64,000 nucleotides of DNA from Eledone cirrhosa (GCA_964016885.1 OZ024744.1:124744001-124808000); one strand, 5' to 3'. Positions 1 through 13,400 are shown, numbered from the stretch's first letter. The notes: a model not told the origin generated them from the letters alone. Program-made: numbers and translations.

Positions 1-946
1 CATACGACTGTGAATCGTCTTCTTTTTCGTCATACACATATTGAAGGGCTTTCCTAAATTTCTATTTTAGTGAAATCTCTTTTAGCTTCCAGACCTTTCT
101 TTTTTCCACATCTTCCTGTATGTCTCAATCATACCTGGAGCTGTCCAACATGACCATTGAAATCCCCTGCTAGCATAACGATGTCTCCGTCCTGTCATTG
201 TGGCTGTTTGTAAAAATTGCTTGTAAATGAAGTCTTTCTTTTCTTTACCTAGCAGAAGCAATTAACACTAACCCAACTGTAACACTAACCCTAACACTAA
301 CTTATGCAGGCCTAGGTAAAGACAAGAAAGATAAAACAAGGAGTGATGCTTCTTGAATTTTGTGATGCAAGTGTTTTAACCATTTGCAAAACCAACTTCC
401 ACAAACCTGCCTCACTGCCGCCTAATAACCTACAAATCAGGCAAGCACAGAAGCCGGATTTCTCGGTAGTTAGGCAGCGAGACAGACAGATGGGGTGTGA
501 AGTACCAGGGTGTGCCCCGGGGAGGAATGTTTCCCACAGCGTGGGTTGGTTGTTGGTGATGTCTCGGTTATCTTGAGACGGAGTGAGACGTGCAGGAATA
601 CTCTCACGGAATCGCCAAATGAGGTTTATTTTTCAACATAGTCCCTGGAATGAAACAATGTGGTTATTAAGAAGAATTGAAATTAATGTAAGATTTCACA
701 GATCTATGATCAATCCTTCACAGTCAGCTTACAAAGTTTTCAGCCAAACCTTGTGTATTTCCAACATTTCAAACCCTATCTAGGACTACATTATCTAATG
801 TACAGTACAGTAGTTAGTATTAGTGGCTATCAGACATAGTGTATCTAAATGCAACATTTTTAACATTGTTTTTTTTTTCTTTTCTTTTCTTTTCTTATTC
901 AGATGACAGACGGCAGAGGATACAATAGAAGAAAAGAACAATGATA

Positions 947-1367
947 ATTATTATTATTATTATTGTTGTTATTCCTTGAATCTCAGTCATTGATGTTGGT
1001 TAACTGGAAAGTCCGTTGGAATGAATATCAAGCCACTACCTGCAGCCTCAGATATTCAGGACGTATCGGAGGGTTCTTGCTGTTCCAAGCAAGCATGCCT
1101 TTTGAAGCGTTCCAAAAAGCGTGAAGGGGCCGATTTTCTTTAACCATCCCTGGAAACTTTTGGAGATGGACAAAAAACTGGAACACAATAGACCTGACCT
1201 GGTGGTTGTGGACAAAGAAAAAAGATCGTGTCTGATTGTGGATGTGGCCTGCCCGTTCAACACGAGAGTGCAAGAGAAGGAGAGGGAGAAAATTAACCGA
1301 TACCAGGACCTAAAGTGGGAGGTGAAAAGGATTTGGAACTTCCATGAAGTCAAAGTGATCCCGATTG

Positions 1368-1400
<33 letters not shown>
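947..1400. mobile_element. Truncated, internally inverted RLE-type LINE (R4/Dong-like) inserted in (TTA)n; copy at ~42410-42863
   Basis: Plus strand encodes HNRPDLVVVDKEKRSCLIVDVACPF...EKINRYQDL (PD..D restriction-like endonuclease). Minus strand encodes the C-terminus LQKACLLGTARTLRYVLNI*, followed by a 3'UTR and (TAA)n tail. Confidence 0.8.
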
Positions 1401-1408
<8 letters not shown>

Positions 1409-1439
1409 TATTATTTGTTTTATTATAATCAAAATATGC

Positions 1440-1965
1440 TGTTAGTTAGATCTGCATTGTGTACATTTTATATAATTTATGCCAGTTCCTTTTCTACATA
1501 TCGAACATGGCCATTTCCCTGACGGAATAGAGTTTTGTCCTCTTTTCTACTCATCAACACTCATTCGTGACACAAAGTACAGCCAGCGGCATCATTGCGG
1601 ACAGACTTAATCCTGATTTGCACTGACACACTGCCTCGCAATACGGAACACCGCACGTCTTTGATCTTCTTCCCGTCGATCAGCCTCCTTGCCATGCAAA
1701 GTACACCTGACGTCTAGCTTCTCTCTTAGCGGCGGCGGCTGTATATTCTTCTCTACTCCCACTAATTTTCCAAGCATTCCATGCTAGTCTTTAGTCTCCA
1801 ATGGCCCGATCTACAGTTTCTGTCTCAACTCGTCTATGCTTGGTCGTTCCCGCACATTGACATTGCACATCCAACGGAGCATGCTTGCTTCATTTCTCTC
1901 CAGCCGTCGCATGTCCTCTGCAGTTGCTGCCCGTGTCTCACTACCATGCAGCATCGCGCATCTAA
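1440..1965 (-). mobile_element. RTE-clade LINE fragments
   Basis: AMLHGSETRAATAEDMRRLERNEASMLRWMCNV and GKWPCSICRK-like motifs, typical of the RTE ORF C-terminal part. Confidence 0.7.
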
Positions 1966-2004
1966 ACCTGGCCCTTACCCTAACCCCAACCTCTTTGGTT
2001 TTCG

Positions 2005-2845
2005 TTTTCTCGACGGCTAGCCGCATTTCGTGATCCGCCTTTCGATTGCGCTTCCGTCGCGGCAAAAGAATTGCCTTTCCAGACCGCCGTCGCCCGACCG
2101 GACCCATGATAGAAGACGTTCGTTACCGTTGGAGCAACGCAAATTACTCCTCGGTTGACGCCAAAAACGAACGCCTTCCCGCCTCGCGCCGCCTTCTCCT
2201 CGCCGACCCTCAGCCTCGACGATTAGCCACTTTCCGTCACAGCAGTAGATACGCGTCCGTCGTAATAGCCGTCATTTTAACGCAGGAGAAACGCCTAATT
2301 GCCCTGCACCGCGTTTGACGGCGATCTACGACGGCGACGATGCGCGCACTCTTCCTTGCTGCGACGAAGGTTTCGGCTTTTCGTCGTGGACCCGGTCAGG
2401 TCATGCCGCTGACCTCGCGTTACGGCGACGCGAGAAGACGTTCGTTACCGCTGGAGCAACGCAAATTACTACTCGGTTGACGCCAAAAACGAACGCCTCG
2501 CGCCGCCGCTTCCTCCTCGGCCTCGACGATTAGCCGCTTTCCGTCACAGCAGTAGATACGCGTCCATCGTAATAGCCGTCATTTTAACGCAGGAGAAACG
2601 CCTTGACGACGATATACGACGGGTCGACGACGCGCGCACTCTTTCTGCTGCGACGAAGGTTTTGGCTTTTCGTTGTGGACCCGGTCGGGTCATGCCTCTG
2701 ACCTCGCGTTGCGTCGCCACCGCCGCGGCGGGCTTGGGTTTAGCCGTAGCTACCCTCGTTTTGCCAACGGCGACGCGAGAAGACGTTCGTTACCGCTGGA
2801 GCAACGCAAATTACTCCTCGGATGAGGCCAAAAACGAACGCTGAA
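2005..2845 (+). repeat. Diverged copies of the 172-bp repeat / ETS-like leader; copy at ~43468-44305
   Basis: Shares ttctcgacggctagccgcatttcg, the cgttcgttaccgctggagcaacgcaaattac module and ccgtcacagcagtag...gcaggagaaacgcc with 9141-10220. Confidence 0.9.
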
Positions 2846-2920
2846 GAGATATTGTCCATGGATATCGGGAATTTTACCCGCCCTAGATAGATAGATAGAT
2901 AGGGATGTATGTATGTATGT

Positions 2921-2960
<40 letters not shown>

Positions 2961-3361
2961 GTATGTATCTTTCTCATTCTCTCTGTATGTATGTATGTAT
3001 GTATATATATATAATTATATATTTATAGACATCCTGAAAGCTTTTTAAATGTCTGAGAGATTGGCTAAATATGTTTTGCAGGTATGACCAGTAAGAGAGA
3101 GGTAAGTTATTTCAAAACAATTCTTTGACCATTATTTTAAGGTACTATCTCAGTGTATTTTTAAATTGACCTCTTGATAGGATGAAATGACCTGTATAAT
3201 TTTTTTCATATTTAGATGGAATAGAAGAAAAACAAGAAAAATGAAATGAATTCAAACAGAAAATATACACCAATGCCAATGGAGGTATGATTTCAGTTTA
3301 ATCTTAACCTAATGACCACTTTACAGAGTGTACTGGATATCTCTCTCTCTCTCTATCTCTC

Positions 3362-3410
<49 letters not shown>

Positions 3411-3868
3411 AGGAAGCTCCAACCGTTAAGGTTGTCTTTCCATTTATTAATATATTGTGTATTTACTCCACTAAACTGTTGAGTGCTTTATATCAGTTAT
3501 AAAAAAATTTCAGCTTGTTGAATCCCAAAATAGTTGTTGAAACAGCCACAGCTCAGCCGTCGGGGTCCTGAATATTTATCATATATATATACGTATGAGT
3601 GTGTGTGTTTTGAGAATTAATAATTATATAAACAAGTTTGTAATGAACAATTTATTTCTTATCAAAACTGTATAAACATGATATTATTTACAGTAAGAAT
3701 AACAATAATAATGATGGTTTCTAGTAAAGGTGGAAGGCCAGTAATTTGGGGGAGGGGAAAGTTGATTAAATCGAAGAGAGAAAGAAAGAAAAAACAGAAC
3801 GGGAAGGAGAGGGGATGGCAAGAGGTCCGGTGTCGCAGGAGAGAGGGGAGGGTGGTTGAGCTTTGAGT

Positions 3869-4350
3869 CTAGGGCAAGAGGGCAGAAATGCTGCGCCCCA
3901 CGGATAAGACGGCAAAAATATTCTCGCGGACGATGGCCAGAGATACCCAATGCAACAACCACCCAACCTCGCGGTGTTCCCTCCTCAGATGGGCTGCTGA
4001 CTCTCCGATCTTTTGGAGGAGCTCGGCAGTACAAGGTCCAAGTACTCCTGGGGTCTCGACGTTGACTGGTGCAGAGAGGAAGTGGCCGGACAATCCTCGG
4101 TATTTGTTTATTTTACGTTCTTCTGCGAGGTGGGCTGCGATGCCGGGGTTTGTGACCGAAACGACTTGGAAACGAAGTTGTAGGCGGAGATTGTGTCGTA
4201 GCTGGTGGTGTCCCAGATGAGGGACCTACGTCCTTCGAATGGGAAGAGAGTGATTCCGTCGGGGCGCTTGCCATCTCCGGGACCTGTTGGCCCCAGTTGT
4301 GATGGGAAGCCAGCTGCGTCCAGGCTTCTTCTCAATATGTCGTTGACAAC
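3869..4350 (-). mobile_element. RLE-domain fragment of a CRE-like non-LTR retrotransposon (frameshifted); copy at 45332-45813
   Basis: RRSLDAAGFPSQL..DGKRPDGITLFPFEGRRSLIWDTT and VETPGVLGP...SLAIVREN motifs. Confidence 0.75.
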
Positions 4351-4900
4351 GACGTGTATCTATTCAATAATTATTTGAATATTGAAATTTTAGGTTTAAC
4401 TACCTTTTAAACCAAATACATTAAGAAAGGCATGACCAACACCACATCATTTTTATTTCTATTTTGAAAGTAGGTTTATAAGTATTAAATTTCAGTAGAT
4501 TCTTATATCCTTCATGGTGGTCTGGTGGGAGATACGAGAGATGGTGGAGGTTCTGGTCTGGGGTTCAATCCTGCTCAGGAGATACTCTAAGGGGGTTCAT
4601 ACTAAACTTCTTCAGTGTTTCTTATCTCTAGAGACAAATATATATACATAAGGTAATCTGGTAAAGTTGTTAGAACATCACATAGAATTCTTTGTAGTAT
4701 TTTTTCCAGTTCTTCAATCTGAGTTCAACTTTACTTTTCTTCCATTCGGGGTTGATAATAACGTACCAGTCAAATACTAGGGGTTAATTCTTCCTCTATA
4801 TCTCTTTCTCACTCTCTGTCTGTTTTATTAAGACCTGGAGAGGTGATGTACTCTACCAGGTTTTATAATGAGTGATGGGGTCATACCTGCCTGCTACACC

Positions 4901-5436
4901 TCTGTGTACTAAGTGTAGCATATTATATCCTTGTTCAGGGCCTTCCTGACATTACTGTGTACTAAGGGTAGCATTTTATATCCTTGTTCAGGGCCATCTT
5001 AACATTGCTGTGTACTAAGTGTAGCATATTATATCCTTGTTCGGGGCCTTCCTGACATTAGTGTGTACTGAGTGTAGATTTTAACATCCTTGTTCTGGGC
5101 CTTCCTAACATTACTGTGTACTGAGTGTAGATTTTAACATCTTTGTTCAGGGCCTTCCTAACATTGCTGTGTACTAGGTGTAGCATATTATATCCTTGTT
5201 CAGGGCCCTCCTGACATTACTGTGTACTAAGTGTAGATTTTGATATCCTTGTTCAGGGCCATCCTAACATTACTGTGTACTAAGAGTAGCATTATATATC
5301 CTTGTTCAGGGCCTTCCTAACATTACTGTGTACTAAATGTAGATTTGGATATCCTTGTTCAGAGCCTTCCTTACATTACTGTGTACTAAGTGTAGCATTT
5401 CATATACTTGTTCTGGGCCTTCCTAACGTTACTGTG
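4901..5436. repeat. 53-bp minisatellite (about 10 copies in A, 6 in B at ~46364-46687)
   Basis: Unit ctgtgtactaagtgtagcatattatatccttgttcagggccttcctgacatta. The A/B offset drops by 212 = 4x53 across it. Confidence 0.95.
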
Positions 5437-5439
5437 GAA

Positions 5440-6215
5440 ATAGTAGTTTATATCCAATATGTAATATAGATATGGATTCTACAGGACTAAAACTCATTAA
5501 TATGAGGGGTATTAGTAGATTATATGCCATATTTAATAGAGAAATGGCTTCTACAAGACTAAAACTCATTAATATGAGGGGTATTACAGTTTATATGCCA
5601 TATTTAATACAGAAATGGCTTCTAAAGGACTAGAACTCTTTAAATTGAATAAAATAGTAGTATATATCCTATGTTTAATACAGAAATGCCTTCTAAAGGA
5701 CTCATTAATATGAGGGTATTAGTAGATTATATAACATATTTAATACAGAAATGGCTTTTAAATTCAGGGACTCGTTAATTTGATGGAAATAGTAGTGTCT
5801 ATGCAATATTTAATACAGAAATAGCTTCTACAGGACTAAAACTAATTAATATGAGGGGTATTAGTAGTATATGTGCCATATTTAATACAGAGATGGCTTC
5901 TAAATGGAGGTATCTCATTAATTCGATTGAAATGGTAGTGTATATGCAATATTTAATACAGAAATAGCTTCTACAAGAATAAAACTCATTAATATGAAGG
6001 TTATTATTACATTATATGCCATATTTAATACAGAAATCGGTTCTAAAGGACTAGAACTCTTTAATTCAAATCAAATAGTAGTATAAAGCAATATTTACTA
6101 CAGAAATGGCTTCTACAAGACTAAAAATCCTTAATATGAGGGGTATTGTTAGATTATATACCATATTTAATACAGAAATGGCTTCTAAATGAAGAAATCT
6201 CTTTAATTCGATAGT
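5440..6215. repeat. AT-rich ~65-71-bp minisatellite
   Basis: Recurring atttaatacagaaatggcttcta...aaaactcattaatatgagggg. Confidence 0.9.
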
Positions 6216-6868
6216 AATAGTAATAATAATAATAGTAATAGTAATAATACAGCCAATTTTCCACGCAATACTTTTAGTTAGCACCCCGAACGCATAATTG
6301 GGAATATAATCACTTATTTCCTAATGTTTGTTGAGTGAGTTGGGAAAAAAAACTTGGGAAATATATTTTCAGGGTCTCAAAATCTTAAAGAGAAAAAAAA
6401 GTCCTGTGGAAGGTAGCAAAACAATTAGGAAGAAAATGGTTTGAAGTTGGTTGGTGAGTATAAGATTACAGTATCTTGTTGATTTCTATAAAGTTTACTT
6501 TTAACTGAATTGGTAAAAATGGATAAATTAGAAGACACAATATAATAACTAATATTGTCTTCTAAAACAGGGAATAAAAATATGTTGGTGTATTGGGGGG
6601 GGGGGGGGGTAAACATGTGAGTTAATGGGAATGTTTTTGTTTGTTTTTATTGAAACATATTCAATCTACAGATAGGTTGTTATAGTTATTTAGTCTCGGG
6701 TCTGCCATTATCTGCAGATTTATAATTGAGGGGTGTTCCAGGTGTGACCACCCTACATTATTCCTAGAGATTGTTACTCCTTCATTCTTCAGTCATCTTG
6801 GTCTTCTTATGAGATGGTGGTGTAGTCTTATTTATTGTTAAGGTTATGGTCTTCCTTTGTCCACACTC

Positions 6869-6906
<38 letters not shown>

Positions 6907-7079
6907 AAAGGCTTCCTTCTCTGGAAAAAGATGATTTAATATTCACAACCATCTGTCTAATTGTTTTCTGATGAGAATAAAGTTAATCTTGCTTGTATGT
7001 CTACCTGATCAAATGACTGGCTGATATCTTGAAGTCATTTACACCACAGAACTGTAGGAGTCTTGATCCCTCAAGCCAT

Positions 7080-7930
7080 ACCTCTAGCCATCATGTACTC
7101 CAAAAGAGTCTCACCTTGGTGCTACTCAACATGTCCATTAAATTTAGCAGCAAGGATGCCCTCTTCTTAGTGAGAGACAACTACAAGAGAGGTTCTTAGA
7201 GAAGAATAAGCCACTATAGTTAACTTTTGTTGACATAGAGAACCCCGATCTGTCATCTGGTGGTCCTTAAGGAAACTAGGTGTAGGGGAATGGCTTGTGA
7301 GGACAGTGCAAGCTATGTACAAGGGTGCTGTCAGTAAAGTGAGAGGAGGAATTCCAGAAACAAAGTAGGTGTACATCAGGGTTCGGTCCTCAGTCCGCTC
7401 TTGTTCATTATAGTCCTCCCTCCCTCCCTCCCTCCCTCCCTCCAAGCCATAACAGAGGAGGAGTAGTTTAAGACTGGATGCCCATGGGAACTTCTCTATG
7501 CTGACGATCTGGTTCTTATAGCAGAATCAGTAGAGGAGCTAGCTAGAGAATAAATTCTGGCTATGGAAACAGCAGTAGTTGGAATCAAGAAGACTGAGAG
7601 TGAACCTAGCTAAGACAAAAGTGTTTATAAGTAGAAGAGAGGACAAAACTCTGATTCTGTCAGGGAAATGGCCATGTTCGATATGTAGGAAAGGAGTTGG
7701 CATAAATTCTATGAAATGTAGTACGCAATGCAGATCTTGGCTACACAAGAGATGTAGTGGGATAGCAGGAAAACTGACTGACAGGTAGGGAGAAATACGT
7801 ATGCAGTAGATGTACAGGGAAATTTGACAGAGATTGCAGTGATAGACACATTTTTCAAATGCAGGTGGGATCTATAGAGGGAGTTGATAGCTTCTGATAC
7901 CTAGGTGATCAGATTAGTAAGGGAGGAGGG
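7080..7930 (+). mobile_element. Degenerate RTE-clade LINE reverse transcriptase fragment; copy at ~48340-49190
   Basis: FVDIE, WWSLRKLGVGEWLVRTVQAMYKG, GVHQGSVLSPLLFII, ELLYADDLVL, LRVNLAKTK and GKWPCSICRKGVG motifs with stops and frameshifts. Confidence 0.85.
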
Positions 7931-8461
7931 TGATATAAAATATATTGTTATCATGACTGTCTTTATTATTTAAATTACCTCTGTCTATTTACAGATTTTA
8001 CAGAGTGTACTGGGTGCTTTTATGATGGGAGCAGCAACTCTATACGATTTTACAGAGTGTACTTGGTGCTTTTATCATGGCACATGGCAGCAGCAGCAGC
8101 AGCAACTACGATTTTACAGAGTGTACTTGGTGCTTTTTACTCTGACATCAGCACTGAGGAAGTTGTCATATTTTCAGCTAAATTAATGAGTAGAAAAACC
8201 AAGTTTCTGCTACAAAAAATTCTCAGATTCAAGGGAGACATTCAGTTTAAGTATGGTATACTGTCACTAAGGCAGCAAATTGGCAGAGTCGCTAGAATAT
8301 CAGATAGCATTCTTTACATTATTTGTTTCAGCTCTCTGTTCTCTCAATTCAAATCCTGCTCAGGTCAACTTTGCCTTTCATCCATACAAAATAGATTAAT
8401 AAAAGTACCAGTGTATTACTGGGGTCAATTCTTCTTCTAACTCTTCTGCACTTCCATTCTC

Positions 8462-8502
<41 letters not shown>

Positions 8503-9061
8503 GCTTCTTTAGAACACATCTGCTGTATTCAGACTTGGAGCGGAGATGGGCTCCACCAAGTTTTAAAAATTGCCCTTTAAGCGCTGTATGTCAATATGGT
8601 GCCCCTATGATTCCCTCCCTCAGGAGTTATGGGACCATAGATACTGTCAATTGTAAAGAATAACAGAGATATTCAGTGCTAGTGTGGTGTTCTGTCAGTT
8701 GTGGAGATTGATGAATCTAAACAGAAATATCAACAGCACTTTTCATTTCTGAGTAACACATTTGTTACCAAGTGCTGCATGGCTGGAATGAAAATCAGTG
8801 CTGTGAAAACCAAGACATTCATCCTCTCAAGGAAGCTTGTGCAGTGCACTCTACATGTAAATGGAGTCCCACTGAAGCAGGTAGAAAAGTTCATGTATCT
8901 CGAAGCTGTGTTCACGAGTGATGACAGAGACGGCAAAGGCACAACACACAACAGAAGAAAAGAACAATGACAATTATTATTATTATTATTATTATTATTT
9001 GTTTTATTAGTTTTATTATAATAAAAATTGTGCTGTTAGTTTGCTTGCTATACCATCATGT

Positions 9062-9143
9062 ACCCTAACCCTAAACCTAACCCCAACTCCAACTCTGACC
9101 CTAAACCTAACCCCAACCCCAACCCTAACCCTAACCCTAACCC
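9062..9143. repeat. Interstitial telomere-like (CCCTAA)n tract; copy at 50350-50436
   Basis: accctaaccctaaacctaaccccaa...ccctaaccctaaccctaaccc, fused directly to the 172-bp array. Confidence 0.9.
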
Positions 9144-9900
9144 ACGATAGAAGACGTTCGTTACCGCTGGAGCAACGCAAATTACTCCTCGGTTGACGCC
9201 AAAAACGAACGCCTTCTCGACGGCTAGCCGCATTTCGTGATCCGCCTTTCGATTGCGCTTCCGTCGCGGAAAAAGAATTGCCTTTATAGGCCGCCGCCGC
9301 CCGACCGGACCCACGATAGAAGACGTTCGTTACCGCTGGAGCAACGCAAATTACTCCTCGGTTGACGCCAAAAACGAACGCCTTCTCGACGGCTAGCCGC
9401 ATTTCGTGATCCGCCTTTCGATTGCGCTTCCGTCGCGGAAAAAGAATTGCCTTTATAGGCCGCCGCCGCCGCCCGACCGGACCCACGATAGAAGACGTTC
9501 GTTACCGCTGGAGCAACGCAAATTACTCCTCGGTTGACGCCAAAAACGAACGCCTTCTCGACGGCTAGCCGCATTTCGTGATCCGCCTTTCGATTGCGCT
9601 TCCGTCGCGGAAAAAGAATTGCCTTTATAGGCCGCCGCCGCCGCCCGACCGGACCCACGATAGAAGACGTTCGTTACCGCTGGAGCAACGCAAATTACTC
9701 CTCGGTTGACGCCAAAAACGAACGCCTTCTCGACGGCTAGCCGCATTTCGTGATCCGCCTTTCGATTGCGCTTCCGTCGCGGAAAAAGAATTGCCTTTAT
9801 AGGCCGCCGCCGCCGCCCGACCGGACCCACGATAGAAGACGTTCGTTACCGCTGGAGCAACGCAAATTACTCCTCGGTTGACGCCAAAAACGAACGCCTT
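9141..9900. repeat. 172-bp GC/CpG-rich tandem repeat, 4 full copies plus a partial (putative rDNA IGS/5'ETS subrepeat)
   Basis: ORF ends spaced 172 apart (9314, 9486, 9658, 9830). Lies ~360 bp upstream of the 18S 5' end. Confidence 0.9.
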
Positions 9901-10258
9901 CCGGTTCGGGCGACGTAAAAGTCTGTAGCCTTTTCGCCGATCCTCGACGATTATCCGCCTTCCGAACAACCGCCTTTCCGCCGTCACAGCAGTAGGTACT
10001 CGTCCGTCGTAATAGCCGTCATTTTAATGCAGGAGAAACGCCTAAATGCACTGCGATTGACGACGATCTACGACGCGCTTACTCTTCCTTGCTGCGACGA
10101 AGGTTTCGTTCGGCTTTTCGTCGTGGACCCGGTCAGGTCATGCCGCTGATCTCGCGTTGCGTCGTTACCGCTGGAGCAACGCAAATTACTCCTCGTTTAA
10201 CGCCAACATCGAACGCGCTTCGGTTCTCGGTCGTCGTTGTTTTGTTTCGTGCGGAAGA
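9901..10258 (+). other. Putative 5' external transcribed spacer remnant
   Basis: CpG-rich sequence directly abutting the canonical 18S first nucleotides. The assignment is positional. Confidence 0.55.
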
Positions 10259-10444
10259 TACCTGGGTGATCCTGCCAGTAGTCATATGCTTGTCTCAAAG
10301 CTTAAGCCATGCAAGTGGAAGTTCATGCCGTAAACGAAAATGGTGAAACCGCGAATGGCTCAGGAACCGGATCTAATCCTCGGGACCGTATTCCTCACCG
10401 CGAGGAGAGGATAACTGTGGCAATTCTAGAGCTAATACATGCAA
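10259..10444 (+). pseudogene. 18S rRNA 5'-terminal fragment
   Basis: TACCTGGGTGATCCTGCCAGTAGTCATATGCTTGTCTCAAAG.TTAAGCCATGC...GGTGAAACCGCGAATGGCTCA...GGATAACTGTGGCAATTCTAGAGCTAATACATGC matches the universal eukaryotic SSU 5' domain in colinear order. Confidence 0.95.
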
Positions 10445-10449
10445 TTGAG

Positions 10450-13400
10450 ATCGGAGAGGGAGCGATCCGTCTGCTTGATTCCGATAACGAACGAGACATT
10501 CGTATCCGAAAGAACGTTTGTCTGGAAACTGGTGCAGTCAGTGAGTCGAAAAAAAAATATCTCGGTGGTAGTAGCAAATATTCGAACGAGACATTCGTAT
10601 GCGAAAGAACGTTTGTCGGTGGTAGTAGCAAATATTCGAACGAGACATTCGTATGCGAAAGAACGTTTGTCTGGAAGTGGCGATCCATGCCCGGTGGATA
10701 GTTGGTTCCGGGTTTTACTATGATTGTTGCAAAACAGAAACTTAAAGGAATTGACAGAATTTGCGATTCCGGAGAGGGGGCGATCCGTCTGCTTGATTCC
10801 GATAACGAACGAGACATTCGTATCCGAAAGAACGTTTGTCTGGAAACTGGTGAGTCAGTGAGTCGAAAAAAAAAATATCTCGGTGGTAGTAGCAAATATT
10901 CGAACGAGACATTCGTATGCGAAAGAACGTTTGTCGGTGGTAGTAGCAAATATTCGAACGAGACATTCGTATGCGAAAGAACGTTTGTCTGGAAGTGGCG
11001 ATCCATGCCCGGTGGATAGTTGGTTCCGGGTTTTACTATGATTGTTGCAAAACAGAAACTTAAAGGGATTGACAGAATTTGCGATTCCGGAGAGGGGGCG
11101 ATCCGTCTGCTTGATTCCGATAACGAACGAGACATTCGTATCCGAAAGAACGTTTGTCTGGAAACTGGTGAGTCAGTGAGTCGAAAAAAAAAATATCTCG
11201 GTGGTAGTAGCAAATATTCGAACGAGACATTCGTATGCGAAAGAAAAATATCTCGGTGGTAGTAGCAAATATTCGAACGAGACATTCGTATGCGAAAGAA
11301 CGTTTGTCTGGAAGTGGCGATCCATGCCCGGTGGATAGTTGGTTCCGGGTTTTACTATGATTGTTGCAAAACAGAAACTTAAAGGGATTGACAGAATTTG
11401 CGATTCCGGAGAGGGGGCGATCCGTCTGCTTGATTCCGATAACGAACGAGACATTCGTATCCGAAAGAACGTTTGTCTGGAAACTGGTGAGTCAGTGAGT
11501 CGAAAAAAAAAATATCTCGGTGGTAGTAGCAAATATTCGAACGAGACATTCGTATGCGAAAGAAAAATATCTCGGTGGTAGTAGCAAATATTCGAACGAG
11601 ACATTCGTATGCGAAAGAACGTTTGTCTGGAAGTGGCGATCCATGCCCGGTGGATAGTTGGTTCCGGGTTTTACTATGATTGTTGCAAAACAGAAACTTA
11701 AAGGGATTGACAGAATTTGCGATTCCGGAGAGAGGGCGATCCGTCTGCTTGATTCCGATAACGAACGAGACATTCGTATCCGAAAGAACGTTTGTCTGGA
11801 AACTGGTGAGTCAGTGAGTCGAAAAAAAAAATATCTCGGTGGTAGTAGCAAATATTCGAACGAGACATTCGTATGCGAAAGAACGTTTGTCGGTGGTAGT
11901 AGCAAATATTCGAACGAGACATTCGTATGCGAAAGAACGTTTGTCGGTGGTAGTAGCAAATATTCGAACGAGACATTCGTATGCGAAAGAACGTTTGTCT
12001 GGAAGTGGCGATCCATGCCCGGTGGATAGTTGGTTCCGGGTTTTACTATGATTGTTGCAAAACAGAAACTTAAAGGGATTGACAGAATTTGCGATTCCGG
12101 AGAGAGGGCGATCCGTCTGCTTGATTCCGATAACGAACGAGACATTCGTATCCGAGAGAACGTTTGTCTGGAAACTGGTGAGTCAGTGAGTCGAAAAAAA
12201 AATATCTCGGTGGTAGTAGCAAATATTCGAACGAGACATTCGTATGCGAAAGAAAAATATCTCGGTGGTAGTAGCAAATATTCGAACGAGACATTCGTAT
12301 GCGAAAGAACGTTTGTCTGGAAGTGGCGATCCATGCTCGGTGGATAGTTGGTTCCGGGTTTTACTATGATTGTTGCAAAACAGAAACTTAAAGGGATTGA
12401 CAGAATTTGCGATTCCGGAGAGGGGGCGATCCGTCTGCTTGATTCCGATAACGAACGAGACATTCGTATCCGAAAGAACGTTTGTCTGGAAACTGGTGAG
12501 TCAGTGAGTCGAAAAAAAAATATCTCGGTGGTAGTAGCAAATATTCGTATGCGAAAGAAAAGATCTCGGTGGTAGTAGCAAATATTCGAACGAGACATTC
12601 GTAGGCGAAAGAAAAATATCTCGGTGGTAGTAGCAAATATTCGAACGAGACATTCGTATTCGAAAGAACGTTTGTCTGGAAGTTGCGATCCATGCCCGGT
12701 GGATAGTTGGTTCCGGGCTTTACTATGATTGTTGCAAAACAGAAACTTAAAGGGATTGACAGAATTTGCGATTCCGGAGAGGGGGCGATCCGTCTGCTTG
12801 ATTTCGATAACGAACGAGACATTCGTATCCGAAAGAACGTTTGTCTGGAAACTGGTGAGTCAGTGAGTCGAAAAAAAAAATATCTCGGTGGTAGTAGCAA
12901 ATATTCGAACGAGACATTCGTATGCGAAAGAACGTTTGTCGGTGGTAGTAGCAAATATTCGAACGAGACATTCGTATGCGAAAGAACGTTTGTCGGTGGT
13001 AGTAGCAAATATTCGAACGAGACATTCGTATGCGAAAGAACGTTTGTCTGGAAGTGGCGATCCATGCCCGGTGGATAGTTGGTTCCGGGTTTTACTATGA
13101 TTGTTGCAAAACAGAAACTTAAAGGGATTGACAGAATTTGCGATTCCAGAGAGAGGGCGATCCGTCTGCTTGATTCCGATAACGAACGAGACATTCGTAT
13201 CCGAAAGAACGTTTGTCTGGAAACTGGTGAGTCAGTGAGTCGAAAAAAAAATATCTCGGTGGTAGTAGCAAATATTCGAACGAGACATTCGTATGCGAAA
13301 GAACGTTTGTCTGGAAGTGGCGATCCATGCTCGGTGGATAGTTGGTTCCGGGTTTTACTATGATTGTTGCAAAACAGAAACTTAAAGGGATTGACAGAAT

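Noticed and set aside
9016-9987. Arg-rich 120-156 aa ORFs in the 172-bp array
   Set aside because: The period is not a multiple of 3, so the ORFs simply read through all frames of the repeat.
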